DNA from: an uncultured virus (IMG/VR IMGVR_UViG_3300031722_000022)
Lineage: Duplodnaviria > Heunggongvirae > Uroviricota > Caudoviricetes
IMG/VR virus record: IMGVR_UViG_3300031722_000022
Reading direction: 5' to 3' (one strand)
Length of the DNA stretch: 64,000 bases
Part shown: positions 17,047-26,345 of the stretch, one piece after another
How positions within the stretch are numbered: the first letter of the stretch is position 1
Layout of the letters: every line of letters starts with the position of its first letter
Translations under genes and position numbers: made by a program
The notes under the pieces: model-generated
The model's database searches: none
What the model was told of the DNA's origin: nothing
Seen by the model: only the letters and a program-made list of their open reading frames with translations

Positions 17047-17286
17047 TCAACTCTCCTTGTTAGCAATGTATTCGTTAATGTGTGCAGTAATCTGCAAGAT
17101 TGTATCTTCTCGCAATTTTACCAGTTTGTCAAGTGTTTCATCTTGTCGTAGAGAATCTCCTTTGTCACATGCAGCAGCCATTTCAACTCCAAGATATGCT
17201 GCTTGACGAGTTGCTTCATGTACAATTTGTTCCAATGTTTGCATGTTAGAGCCTTTCATTTCATGAAAGGGCTTGGCTACCGCCAA
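17047..17286 (-). CDS. hypothetical protein
   Basis: 79 aa ORF in operon context. Confidence 0.55.
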   Translation of the reverse strand: MAVAKPFHEMKGSNMQTLEQIVHEATRQAAYLGVEMAAACDKGDSLRQDETLDKLVKLREDTILQITAHINEYIANKES

Positions 17287-17296
17287 GTCTCCTTAG

Positions 17297-17782
17297 TTAT
17301 TCAATATTAAACGACGTTGTAACACTTCCTTCAGGAACAACCATCTCGATTACTTTGTGATTCCTGTTGGCCTTCATGTCAATAAGAGTAGTCCACCAGT
17401 TGACAACTACCTTCTCGTATTGAATAGTGACATGTGGAGTAATCTTGTTGTCTTCAATAATTGTAACAGGGCTTGCGTCAAATGTATACTTCTTTTTACC
17501 ATTTCCACTTTTAATGAACGTCGAATATTTATCAACGGAGTTGATTGAGCCACTTCCGAATACAAAGTTGCCATGCAGTTGGTCTTTTGATGTTGCTGAA
17601 TAAATATCAACAGTGTAATATCGTATGGTTGTTGGAGTTGTAATATATACAAGGCTCATTACCACAATTAGTAATGCTGCACCAATGAGAATACCAAACC
17701 CTACCCCAAAGAACAATCCATCATATCTGTTGGCATAAACAAACCACACAACAAAAATAATGTACAAACTAATCCAAAACAT
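17297..17782 (-). CDS. membrane protein
   Basis: Two N-terminal TM segments, then GNFVFGSGSI. Confidence 0.7.
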   Translation of the reverse strand: MFWISLYIIFVVWFVYANRYDGLFFGVGFGILIGAALLIVVMSLVYITTPTTIRYYTVDIYSATSKDQLHGNFVFGSGSINSVDKYSTFIKSGNGKKKYTFDASPVTIIEDNKITPHVTIQYEKVVVNWWTTLIDMKANRNHKVIEMVVPEGSVTTSFNIE

Positions 17783-17812
17783 ATTGGTTCCTTTCGTTAT
17801 ACGATATGAAGC

Positions 17813-17841
17813 ATTCTATATGATTATTTGTGCTGTGTCAA
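17813..17841 (-). promoter_or_regulatory. sigma70 promoter
   Basis: TTGACA-17-TAGAAT on minus strand. Confidence 0.7.
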
Positions 17842-18008
17842 GAGGAATGTTGCATCATGTAATATGCAAAGAACAATACTAGACATATTGAAGCAGAGTG
17901 CATACATCCGATAAGTGCACAGAGAAATGGATAAGTGTCATCAAGACTATTAAACATTAAGACCGAAAGGGTTGCTGCTATAATTATAAACAAAGCAATC
18001 CATATCAT
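17838..18008 (-). CDS. small two-TM membrane protein
   Basis: AAGGAGA RBS; two hydrophobic helices. Confidence 0.55.
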   Translation of the reverse strand: MIWIALFIIIAATLSVLMFNSLDDTYPFLCALIGCMHSASICLVLFFAYYMMQHSS

Positions 18009-18143
18009 AAAAATCTCCTTGTTAAAATGTGGTTTCTCATTCAAACAATCTAAACGACCATTCGTCACACAATGGACATGGCTGTATTACAGCTTGTTGA
18101 TCCGTTAGGATACGTTGACAGAAGGAACATGTCCATTCTTTGT

Positions 18144-18659
18144 CTAATTGTTCGTCTGCTTCGCTATCATGTTGGATTTGGGAGGATTGCATGTTAGGGC
18201 CACTCCTTTTTGCGTTAGTAAATCAACTGCTTCGTCTTCATCCACAGCATTGTCACCTGAAACAATAATCTCGTCAACATATTCAAGAAGATCGTGCTCA
18301 TCTGCAATTCCACCACTAATTACCTCATCACAAGACCTAAACATATTGCTCGGACACGTATATTCTTCGTAATAATATCTTTGGGAATCTGCATCTTTAT
18401 GAAAAGACCACTTGTTGCCGTCTGCGATAAAAACAACGTTCGTGTCTCTAATACGGAGTAATACTTTCGTCTTAAAGCATTCCTCATTGAGTACAACTTG
18501 ATTTGACGACAATCCACCGCTTGAAAATATAATAGAAATTCTCTTACCACAAGATGAGCATACCCAGTTGTACTCAACACCGCAGGAATGAGGCCCAACA
18601 ACAAAACTTAGTGTTTCTTCGTTGCATTGTATGCAGTTATGAGTGTAGGTCGTTCTCAT
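18144..18659 (-). CDS. zinc-ribbon hypothetical protein
   Basis: CIQC...CSSC; AAGGAGA RBS. Confidence 0.65.
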   Translation of the reverse strand: MRTTYTHNCIQCNEETLSFVVGPHSCGVEYNWVCSSCGKRISIIFSSGGLSSNQVVLNEECFKTKVLLRIRDTNVVFIADGNKWSFHKDADSQRYYYEEYTCPSNMFRSCDEVISGGIADEHDLLEYVDEIIVSGDNAVDEDEAVDLLTQKGVALTCNPPKSNMIAKQTNN

Positions 18660-18675
18660 GTTATTCTCCTTAATT

Positions 18676-19206
18676 TTAAAATGGCAAAACCATATCATCG
18701 TTTGAGTAGTTGTACTGTTTAACTCTCTTTGTAGGCAGTTCAGAGGCTGTCATATACCCTTGGTCACTATCTTCCAGTGCTTGCACTATTTCAATATCCT
18801 CTTTCACAGGCTTCGTACCAAATGCCCTAGTTTCAATCTCTGCAAACAGTCTGAAGTTGCTATTCAACACGTCCACAGCAGAATACACGTTCTTCCATGT
18901 GTCGTCAACTCTTTTCTTTGTCTTCACAACAAGCCCAACATCCTCAAGCTTCTTGATAGACCTGTTCACAGTCTTTCTGTCGAATCCTAACGTCATCGCT
19001 ACAGAATCTTGGGATTCAAACATGTCTTTCTTATTAACTTTAAACCAATTCGATTGCTGGTAAATATAAGAATACACCATCTTATCATGGACTGTTATTT
19101 CGCACTCAATTCCAGTATCTGTATTCAGCACAATACCAGCCATCAGAATTGGTTCATAGATTCTTATATAATTGTTTGCTACTACAACCTTCCGCTTCTT
19201 TTCCAT
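18676..19206 (-). CDS. winged-HTH protein, replication-initiator-like
   Basis: DKMVYSYI...FESQDSVAMTLGFDRKTVNRSIKKLEDVGLV...KNVY. Confidence 0.7.
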   Translation of the reverse strand: MEKKRKVVVANNYIRIYEPILMAGIVLNTDTGIECEITVHDKMVYSYIYQQSNWFKVNKKDMFESQDSVAMTLGFDRKTVNRSIKKLEDVGLVVKTKKRVDDTWKNVYSAVDVLNSNFRLFAEIETRAFGTKPVKEDIEIVQALEDSDQGYMTASELPTKRVKQYNYSNDDMVLPF

Positions 19207-19334
19207 CTTCTGCCCCCTTATGTGAGCCATCCATCTCTTTTTGTACAAGTTCAACAATGAAAGTGTGAATACTTCTATCTCCGCAGTTCTCTTTAAGCCA
19301 CAAGAACATCGGAGACTTAAATTTTACTTGCATG

Positions 19335-19556
19335 TCAGTTTCCCTCCAACATTTCTTTCTTTAGTTGATCCGCTTTAAGTATGATACGATACTTCTTTGC
19401 TAACTTTCTTGCCTCAATAATCTTATCAACAACCTCTCTTTTACCAAGCCTCTTGTGGTACTCAAGTTGAGAGTATGTGTTTGCTGCTGAAGTTGCAGCG
19501 ATGTGCCAAGCACACTGTTCTACATCAGAATTTATCCAATCAAACAATTTAGTCAC
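19335..19556 (-). CDS. hypothetical protein
   Basis: AGGAG RBS, GTG start, 73 aa. Confidence 0.6.
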   Translation of the reverse strand: MTKLFDWINSDVEQCAWHIAATSAANTYSQLEYHKRLGKREVVDKIIEARKLAKKYRIILKADQLKKEMLEGN

Positions 19557-19577
19557 TCCTATCTAAGTAGTACAACC

Positions 19578-19606
19578 ATTATACACCTTCTTCGTATTAA
19601 AGTCAA
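19578..19606 (-). promoter_or_regulatory. leftward sigma70 promoter
   Basis: TTGACT-17-TATAAT on minus strand. Confidence 0.75.
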
Positions 19607-19699
19607 TACCGGGATAAAAATAAATATGTGTCAGCAAGTACATAGTACCAGAAAAGGACTATGTATATTTATATCAATAGTACCTCACAGGTACCTTAG

Positions 19700-20125
19700 A
19701 AGTTAACGCGCTTACGGCGCTATGGAATAGCCGCTAAGCGGCCAGCATAAGGCGCTTCAGCCACGCACAGCGCTAGAAGGGAAGCCTACTAAATTATTGT
19801 GTACCAAACCACCTACGGGTTTGACCTTAACATGCGCCTATGGCGCTAGTAGTAGACTGGCCGCATAGCGGCTATATGCACAAACACATAGCTTCGCTAT
19901 AATTAAGGTCAAGAGCGAAGCGGTCTGTGGAGCATTAGTAATTTAGTAGTTCTCCGTGGATACGTAGTATCAGTCTGAGACACCGAAGGGCTAACGCGCT
20001 TACAGCGCATGTTGGAATACCGCTACGCGGTTATTGTTGGCCGCTAAGCGGCTAGTATACAATAGATATTGTGCAAAACAAGCGCAAGCGCGTTAGTCTA
20101 TTGTTGTGTGCAAAGCGAAGCAAGA
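19700..20125. repeat. array C of mini-hairpins with nested inverted repeats; candidate origin
   Basis: GCGCTTACGGCGC, GCCGCTAAGCGGC x2, GCGCCTATGGCGC, GCCGCATAGCGGC, GATACGTAGTATC, ACCGCTACGCGGT; lies between divergent promoters. Confidence 0.85.
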
Positions 20126-20165
20126 GCATTCACGTTGGGCTTTAATAATAGATATGCCAATCTAC

Positions 20166-20194
20166 TTGCTATTATAAGCAAAGTGTGATATAAT
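20166..20194 (+). promoter_or_regulatory. rightward sigma70 promoter
   Basis: TTGCTA-17-TATAAT with TG extension. Confidence 0.7.
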
Positions 20195-20283
20195 AATAGT
20201 ATGAGAAAATAGGCTGATGCCTATAAACTCTTCTTTCCTACTAATCTCACATAATAAAACACAACAAAGAGAAAAGGAATAGT

Positions 20284-21030
20284 ATGTCGATAGTTGTTAG
20301 TAGGTCTGTGCCAGTCAATAGTTTGGGTGAGGTCGTAGTACAAGTTGGTGTTGGCACACAAGAGGTTACAGGAAGCTTGTCTAGTGGATATTTCCCCGTA
20401 GACAGTGAAACACAACGAGTTGTAATGAATCTTCCATCTAGCGGAAGTAATGATGTCGGAGATATTACAAAGCTAGAAACAAATAATAAAGATAACGTTG
20501 TTGGGGCTATCAATTAGTTGAAGACAGATATTGGCCCTGGAAATATCTGGCAAACATATCTACCAAAAATCACAGCACAATACAATCCTGTTATAGATGC
20601 TAATGAAGAAATCAAGGGGGCGTACAAAGTAATTGGGGATACGTTGGAGTTGAATTTCTCAATGACCATCAAGGCTCCCGGATCAAATTCTGGAAGCGGG
20701 GCATATCTTATTGGAATACCTTCCGGTCTTAGAATCAATACAAGTGTTTCTGGTTATTTCAACCCAATTGGAGCAAGACTATTAGACTATATGGGAGAAC
20801 ACTCAATACCGCTTGGTACTGCAACAGTTTTTGCTGCTGTTGGAACAGGAATAACAGTGCACAACGCTTATGTTTTATCTGTTGATGAAACACATGTTGC
20901 AATCTTCATGGGATACTATACAGACTCAACAGGACTTCATCCATACAATTCATTGTGGAGCGATACTGTATTCCCACTAAGTACGCAAAATGCGGTAATT
21001 AAGTTTACAGCAAAAATCCCAGTTTACTAA
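20284..21030 (+). pseudogene. fibre/appendage-like gene split by in-frame TAG
   Basis: ORFs 20284..20517 and 20518..21030 are in one frame: KDNVVGAIN*LKT, where GAINEL is the usual phage fibre motif. Confidence 0.65.
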
Positions 21031-21046
21031 TTAACAAGGAAAAGAA

Positions 21047-22294
21047 ATGGCAGATACATTAGAACAACGTGGTTTTCCAGTTAACTCAGATGGCGAAATT
21101 GTAGCAGAAGCAGCAAGCGGAGATGATGTTATTGTTGGATGCCTTGCATCAGGATATTACCCAATTAATCCAGCAACAGGAAAGATGCCAATTAAACTTC
21201 CCGATACAATTCCTCTTGCATTCGTAACACAAGCACAACGTCAAGCCCTCACTCCCGACGAAGGAGATGTTGTCTATCAAACAGATGCTGTTGAAGGAAT
21301 GTACACCTACGAAGCCTCTGCATGGACAAATAGGCAAGTCCTTCCTGCTGATTATGTCTATGTCGCTAAGAATGGTAGCGATACAACAGGTAATGGTGCA
21401 GCAGGAAGGCCATATCTCACTGTTCAGCATGCAATTGATGTTGCTAATGCAGGCGATACAATCTTTATTTATCCTGGCTCATATACTGAAAGCATTACAT
21501 TCAAAGCTGGCGTTAATCTTGCTACAACAGCAAAATATTCTGTAACAATTACAGGTAATCATATTTGTTCTTTTAGTGGAACAGTTATGGTATATAACAT
21601 TATTCTTACTTCTGCATCGGGTATTACATTGCAGACTTCAGGGGCCAATGTTTATAACTTGCAATTGAATGGTAGTCACATTAACTCAATTAATGGTGAT
21701 GCTATTAATTGGGCAGGAACAAATGCTTCTGCTAAGATGCAAGTTGTAGACGGAAACATTGCTGTTGCAACAAGCGGAGCATCTGCTAGGGCATTTTATA
21801 GCACGACAGGAGCCGCAGGCTCAGTTATTCTTAATCGTGCAAGTGTTTCTGTAAATAATCCAAACAATGTTTGTATGTCAATTGGTGGCACAGTTTCTTT
21901 GACGCATACAGCAGATTCTGTTGTAGGTCAAATGGTTGTATCAGGAACAGCATCATTAACTTCTGCTATGGTAACACATACAACGACATCTGTTCCTGTA
22001 TTGACAACTAATTCATCTGGTATGTCAATGTTCCTTAACTGTGTTGATGTTACGACAGCAACTCCTGCTATTACTGGTGCTGGAGCATTCGCGTATTCAG
22101 CTATTGTTCTAGGCTCAACAGGCGCTGGAAGCGCATCAACATTGAACGGAGGTATTGGCTCTATTTGCTTGCAAATGGCTCCATTTAAACTTCGTTCAGG
22201 AACATTGAAGCCCGTTCCGCAGGATGGGCTATTTGAATATGACGGAACACACTTGTATTTTACAATTGGTTCTACTAGAAATACGTTAGTTTAA
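21047..22294 (+). CDS. putative beta-helix tailspike/appendage protein
   Basis: YVYVAKNGSDTTGNG...PYLTVQHAID...GDTIFIYPGSY (pectin-lyase-like lead-in), S/T/G-rich body. Confidence 0.7.
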   Translation: MADTLEQRGFPVNSDGEIVAEAASGDDVIVGCLASGYYPINPATGKMPIKLPDTIPLAFVTQAQRQALTPDEGDVVYQTDAVEGMYTYEASAWTNRQVLPADYVYVAKNGSDTTGNGAAGRPYLTVQHAIDVANAGDTIFIYPGSYTESITFKAGVNLATTAKYSVTITGNHICSFSGTVMVYNIILTSASGITLQTSGANVYNLQLNGSHINSINGDAINWAGTNASAKMQVVDGNIAVATSGASARAFYSTTGAAGSVILNRASVSVNNPNNVCMSIGGTVSLTHTADSVVGQMVVSGTASLTSAMVTHTTTSVPVLTTNSSGMSMFLNCVDVTTATPAITGAGAFAYSAIVLGSTGAGSASTLNGGIGSICLQMAPFKLRSGTLKPVPQDGLFEYDGTHLYFTIGSTRNTLV

Positions 22295-22303
22295 TAACTA
22301 AAT

Positions 22304-22326
22304 GGGACGGAGGTTATCTCCGTCCC
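22304..22326 (+). terminator. stem-loop (terminator or processing site)
   Basis: GGGACGGAG-GTTAT-CTCCGTCCC, no T tract. Confidence 0.45.
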
Positions 22327-22348
22327 TAACAATAATAAGGAGTGTATT

Positions 22349-22606
22349 TTGAATGACAAGGTTACTAATAGCGCCACATATGCTGGTAGCTTCGTAACAA
22401 TTTTTGGTGGGGTCTGGTCCCTGAACGAGTTTGCCATCGTCGGGGGCTTCCTCGTTGCCCTGATGAGTTTCCTCTACACAATCTTCTATAAAGAGCGACA
22501 AGCTCGTTCTGACAGAGAATATAAACAAGCACTCTTGGCAGAGATTAAGCACAAAGATATTGTTAGTCTTGCCACAGAGATTGCCAAAGTTAAAGACGAG
22601 GAGTAA
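22349..22606 (+). CDS. holin
   Basis: 85 aa, hydrophobic N-half, charged tail, directly before lysozyme. Confidence 0.75.
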   Translation: MNDKVTNSATYAGSFVTIFGGVWSLNEFAIVGGFLVALMSFLYTIFYKERQARSDREYKQALLAEIKHKDIVSLATEIAKVKDEE

Positions 22607-22612
22607 TGCCTA

Positions 22613-23179
22613 ATGGAAGTCAAGAAGATGCTCCTTCCGTGGATCGCCGCAGGAGCAATCGTAGCAGGAGGGAGTGTCTATCAACCAACCGATAGGCAGC
22701 TTGATTTTACATCTACATATGAAGGTTATGCGTCTGTCCCATATAAAGACATAGCTAATCCCGCAATTCTTACAGTTTGTCACGGATTGACGGATGCAGC
22801 AGCGGGTAAAGGGTGGGTCGTTAAAGATAAGCACTATACAGAAGATGAATGTAGGAACAAGGAAATTGAAGTTATAGGAGATATTGCAAAAGAAATGCAA
22901 CCACTAATTAAAGCCGATCTTGCCCAAGAGCAATACGAAATGTTAGTTGATTTCTCATTTAATCTTGGTGTTCCTAAGTTGAAGTCATCTACATTGTTAA
23001 AGAAGATCAATAAGAATGATTGTTTTGGTGCAGCAAATGAGTTTTCAAGGTGGGTAAGAAGTGGGAAGATTGTTTATCGTGGACTTGTTGTTAGGCGTTC
23101 TGCTGAGTCCGATAACTTTACTAAGTATTGTTTGCCCAATGGAACCTTTCCAACGAAAGGATTAGAATATGGAAATTAG
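22613..23179 (+). CDS. endolysin, GH24 lysozyme, probable SAR type
   Basis: EGYASVPYKD...TVCHG, DFSFNLG, SSTLLKKIN, GLVVRR; Ala/Gly-rich N-terminal anchor. Confidence 0.9.
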   Translation: MEVKKMLLPWIAAGAIVAGGSVYQPTDRQLDFTSTYEGYASVPYKDIANPAILTVCHGLTDAAAGKGWVVKDKHYTEDECRNKEIEVIGDIAKEMQPLIKADLAQEQYEMLVDFSFNLGVPKLKSSTLLKKINKNDCFGAANEFSRWVRSGKIVYRGLVVRRSAESDNFTKYCLPNGTFPTKGLEYGN

Positions 23180-23699
23180 GACAATGCTAATTGTTGCTGC
23201 TGTAACATGTTGCGCGGTAGCGCTTACAACAGGAACATTGACATATAAATATACAAGCCAACATTATGAATTGCAAATTAGCAATGAACATCTTAAACAG
23301 CAAACAGAGTTGGCTAATTTGAATGCTAAAGTTGTTATTAAGGAGAGAGATAATGCTAATATTAAAACAAAACTTGACAATTTGGCTATTGAATATGGCA
23401 AAGAAGTCGAAAAACTTAATGCTAGTCTTGCTAAGTACAAGTTGTCTAATGGTGGCTTGCTCATCAAGTCCACTCGTTGTGAAGCCAATGCAAGAGTTGC
23501 CAATCCAACCCCCGTCAGCAATTCTACAGGCACCTCCACAACTCCCGGAGGGTTTTGCGAGTTACAGTCAAGCCTTGGAGAGTTACTTACTAAAACCTTC
23601 AACGACGCAGACTCAATGAGAGGTAACTTGCTAATTTGCCAAGAATATGCTGAGGCTATTGACAAACAGCGTAAAGAGATATATAATAGTAAAGATTAA
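23169..23699 (+). CDS. i-spanin (Rz-like)
   Basis: N-terminal TM, coiled coil, ...DADSMRGNLLICQEY. Confidence 0.8.
   Translation: MEIRTMLIVAAVTCCAVALTTGTLTYKYTSQHYELQISNEHLKQQTELANLNAKVVIKERDNANIKTKLDNLAIEYGKEVEKLNASLAKYKLSNGGLLIKSTRCEANARVANPTPVSNSTGTSTTPGGFCELQSSLGELLTKTFNDADSMRGNLLICQEYAEAIDKQRKEIYNSKD
23395..23619 (+). CDS. o-spanin (Rz1-like lipoprotein) embedded in Rz
   Basis: +1 frame; signal peptide with lipobox LMVA-C, Pro-rich PPSAILQAPPQLP. Confidence 0.8.
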   Translation: MAKKSKNLMLVLLSTSCLMVACSSSPLVVKPMQELPIQPPSAILQAPPQLPEGFASYSQALESYLLKPSTTQTQ

Positions 23700-23757
23700 T
23701 AAGAATATGGCGACAAGAGGTAGCTCCTTTTCCTACACTGCATTGTAGGATAGCCAT
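23659..23757 (+). promoter_or_regulatory. sigma70 promoter plus three-way-junction leader of endonuclease gene
   Basis: TTGACA-17-TATAAT (23659-23687); ATGGC...GCCAT enclosing two hairpins (23707-23757). Confidence 0.7.
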
Positions 23758-23790
23758 GCAATTTTCTATGCAGAGGGGATAATAATAAAG

Positions 23791-25143
23791 ATGGGTAAGA
23801 GGGTTAGAGTAACGACAGAGATTTTCATTGAACGGTCTAAGGCAGTACATGGCGACAGATACGATTACAGCAAAGTTGAATTTACAAGGTGCAGAGACAA
23901 GGTATTGATTATCTGCCATGAGCATGGAGAGTTTTGGCAGACACCAGCGGCTCATATGGTTGGGCAAGGATGCTTCTTCTGCGCAGTCGCAGAAAATGCT
24001 AAGCAGAAAACAAAATCTACACAAGAATTCATAGAAAAGTCAAATGTAAAGCATAACAATAAGTATGATTACTCCCTTGTTGACTACAAGCACAGTAAGC
24101 AGAAAGTCAAGATAATCTGCCCTAAGCACGGGGTGTTTGAACAAAAACCTAATTCCCACTTAGACGGAAGAGGTTGTGTTAAGTGTAAAGAAGAATTTAT
24201 TGCAGACTTAAAGAGGATGACAACATCGCGGTTTATAGATAAAGCGAGGAGTGTCCACGGCGATACTTATAATTATGACTTAGTAAATTATTATCAGACA
24301 GAAGTCCCTGTTACAATAGTTTGTAATAAACACGGGGAGTTCGAACAATCCCCTCACTCACACCTTTCTGGGAACGGGTGTATGCTATGTAGGAACGAGA
24401 ACATAGGTATCCGTTGTAGGCACAACACGGAGTTGTTTATAAGCAAGGCAAGGAGCCTACATGGAGACTTGTTTGACTATTCACTAGTAGATTATAAAAC
24501 ATCAAAAGACAAGGTTGATATTAAGTGTTTTAAACATGGATTGTTCCAGCAATCTCCTAATGCACACTTAGCTGGACACACCTGCCCCACTTGTTGTGAT
24601 GAAAACTTAACTTATTTACTAAGAAGCAGCAAAGAAGAGTTTGTTGAAAAAGCAGTAAAATTACACGGCGAGAAGTATGATTATTCTGAGGTTGAATACC
24701 ATACAAGCAATGTAAAAGTTGCTATAAAGTGTAAAGAACACGGAGTATTTCTTCAAAGACCTGTGTCCCACCTAATAGGACAAGGTTGTCCATCTTGTGC
24801 AAAAATAGGGTTTGACCCATTGAAAGAAGGATTCGTATATCTTCTAGATTCTGATGATATTTTCAAAGTCGGCATAACAACAAAGCCAATAAAAGAAAGA
24901 ATATCAAAGATTAGTAGGACGACAAACATAAAATTCAAAAGCATCTTTACGAGGAGAATGGAAGGCGTTGTGGCACAGGAGGTTGAAAGAAGAATGTTAA
25001 GATGGCTCAAGGAGCAGCACCGGCAACCAAAAGAAAAATTTGATGGTTATACTGAGTGCTTTTACAAGCATAGTGACACCACAATTCCAAACATTGTTGA
25101 TAAGATAATTGAATTTGAAAAAGAGGTCTTTAATGGAAACTGA
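23791..25143 (+). CDS. homing-endonuclease-like protein (Zn-binding repeats plus GIY-YIG-like C-terminus)
   Basis: Five FIxK...HGxxYDYS...C..HG.F.Q.P..HL.G.GC..C repeats; VYLL...FKVGIT...FDGYTE. Confidence 0.8.
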   Translation: MGKRVRVTTEIFIERSKAVHGDRYDYSKVEFTRCRDKVLIICHEHGEFWQTPAAHMVGQGCFFCAVAENAKQKTKSTQEFIEKSNVKHNNKYDYSLVDYKHSKQKVKIICPKHGVFEQKPNSHLDGRGCVKCKEEFIADLKRMTTSRFIDKARSVHGDTYNYDLVNYYQTEVPVTIVCNKHGEFEQSPHSHLSGNGCMLCRNENIGIRCRHNTELFISKARSLHGDLFDYSLVDYKTSKDKVDIKCFKHGLFQQSPNAHLAGHTCPTCCDENLTYLLRSSKEEFVEKAVKLHGEKYDYSEVEYHTSNVKVAIKCKEHGVFLQRPVSHLIGQGCPSCAKIGFDPLKEGFVYLLDSDDIFKVGITTKPIKERISKISRTTNIKFKSIFTRRMEGVVAQEVERRMLRWLKEQHRQPKEKFDGYTECFYKHSDTTIPNIVDKIIEFEKEVFNGN

Positions 25144-25537
25144 AAAAGAAGATAACCCCGAGAGTATTAAAATCGTTCCAGCAACGAGTATTAATTTTGA
25201 TAGAAAAAATGATCTTATAAAAACACTTAAGAAGATTGATAAGTCTGTTGACAAATCAATTGAATTCCTTGAGCAAGTTATGCTAGATGGGAACAATGAA
25301 CTAAAAGTTAGAGTAGATTGTGCCAAAACAATCCTTGACAAAAAACTACAGATTAGTGATAGTGTAAATAAGGATAACCTCTCTCGCCTAATCGCACAGT
25401 CTAGATTATTCATGGCCCAACAAGCAGTTAATAATAAGCGTATTAAAGATGTTGGGGGAGAGGACGAAGATGAGTATAGCGTACCTCAGTACCTCCCATC
25501 CGTCATCCTCGACGCCTCAATGGTAAAGTCTATGTAG
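25133..25537 (+). CDS. putative terminase small subunit
   Basis: Helical 134 aa protein upstream of terL; position-based call. Confidence 0.5.
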   Translation: METEKEDNPESIKIVPATSINFDRKNDLIKTLKKIDKSVDKSIEFLEQVMLDGNNELKVRVDCAKTILDKKLQISDSVNKDNLSRLIAQSRLFMAQQAVNNKRIKDVGGEDEDEYSVPQYLPSVILDASMVKSM

Positions 25538-25559
25538 CAAATAAATTTACATATAGCTA

Positions 25560-25588
25560 TTGACATTGTAGAAAAGTAATGATATAAT
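25560..25588 (+). promoter_or_regulatory. consensus sigma70 promoter driving ncRNA locus
   Basis: TTGACA-17-TATAAT. Confidence 0.85.
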
Positions 25589-25594
25589 GGTTGT

Positions 25595-26265
25595 AAATGA
25601 AGTAAGAAACATGCAATCGTTATTGGGAGCAATCTCTATGTTCAGGTGTCTCTTCTACGAAGATAGTCCTGTCGATTGTTGTCTAAGCGTTTCTCCTTCG
25701 CTAAGGCACGTAATGTTCTCCGCGTCAGCGAGAACGATTGTCCAAGTCATAACTCGGGACATAAACAATAAGAGTATGCGTAGGTAGTCGACGTAATAAA
25801 CTATCGAGGCGTGTGACCAACACAGCGTAATGGTGTTCCCGCATACGGTAAGCGGGAAGAATAACAGAAGCGTTGAGACATATTCTTGTTATCTCAAGGC
25901 TGTTATATCGCGGAGTCATTCTCCGAAAGCTTATAACTTGGTTATCTCCCTCGTGTACATGACGGAATAACTCAAGTGGAATTGAATATAAGCAAGACTG
26001 TACTTCCTTGGGACAGTCGCCTTCTCACGAAGGCTCTAACACATGCTAATTATTCAAGGGCGTAGCCGTAATCTGACGGTTCAATAGTTAGCAGTTGTTA
26101 GGCGGATGTGTAGTGATCCTACACGGCGAAGATTGTAAGCCAAGAGGGAAAGGCGCATGTAGGATGCTATCCGTAATGTAGCCCCTCGGTAGTCACTGTC
26201 TAATCTACTTGATTCGCAATCAGGTAATACGGACTACAGCAGGAATTAATCTCCTGTCACCTATT
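25595..26265 (+). ncRNA. large structured ncRNA candidate (GOLLD/ROOL-like size and context)
   Basis: No credible ORF; many consecutive hairpins, nested helices and possible pseudoknots between promoter and tRNA-like element. Confidence 0.65.
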
Positions 26266-26270
26266 AATTT

Positions 26271-26345
26271 GCCATGAAAACATTGATAGTGATGTGCTAG
26301 TTTTGTACACTAGATAAGACGCTGCAAGTTCGTCTCGTGGCTCCA
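26271..26345 (+). tRNA. tRNA-Thr(TGT)-like element, non-canonical D and T loops
   Basis: GCCATGA/TCGTGGC acceptor + TCCA; CTAGT-TTTGTAC-ACTAG anticodon arm. Confidence 0.7.

Noticed and set aside
11326..20517. Genome-wide TAG reassignment
   Set aside because: Several genes end normally at TAG (8644, 25537, 37438, 39880), and the two internal TAGs would need different residues (Trp and Glu).
25655..26240. Group I intron, RNase P or tmRNA identity for the large RNA (GAAGATAGTCC, GGACTA, GAGGGAAAG, AACAGAAG)
   Set aside because: Motifs are partial and in the wrong order, no interrupted gene flanks it, and no tmRNA-type ends are visible; a covariance-model search is still needed.
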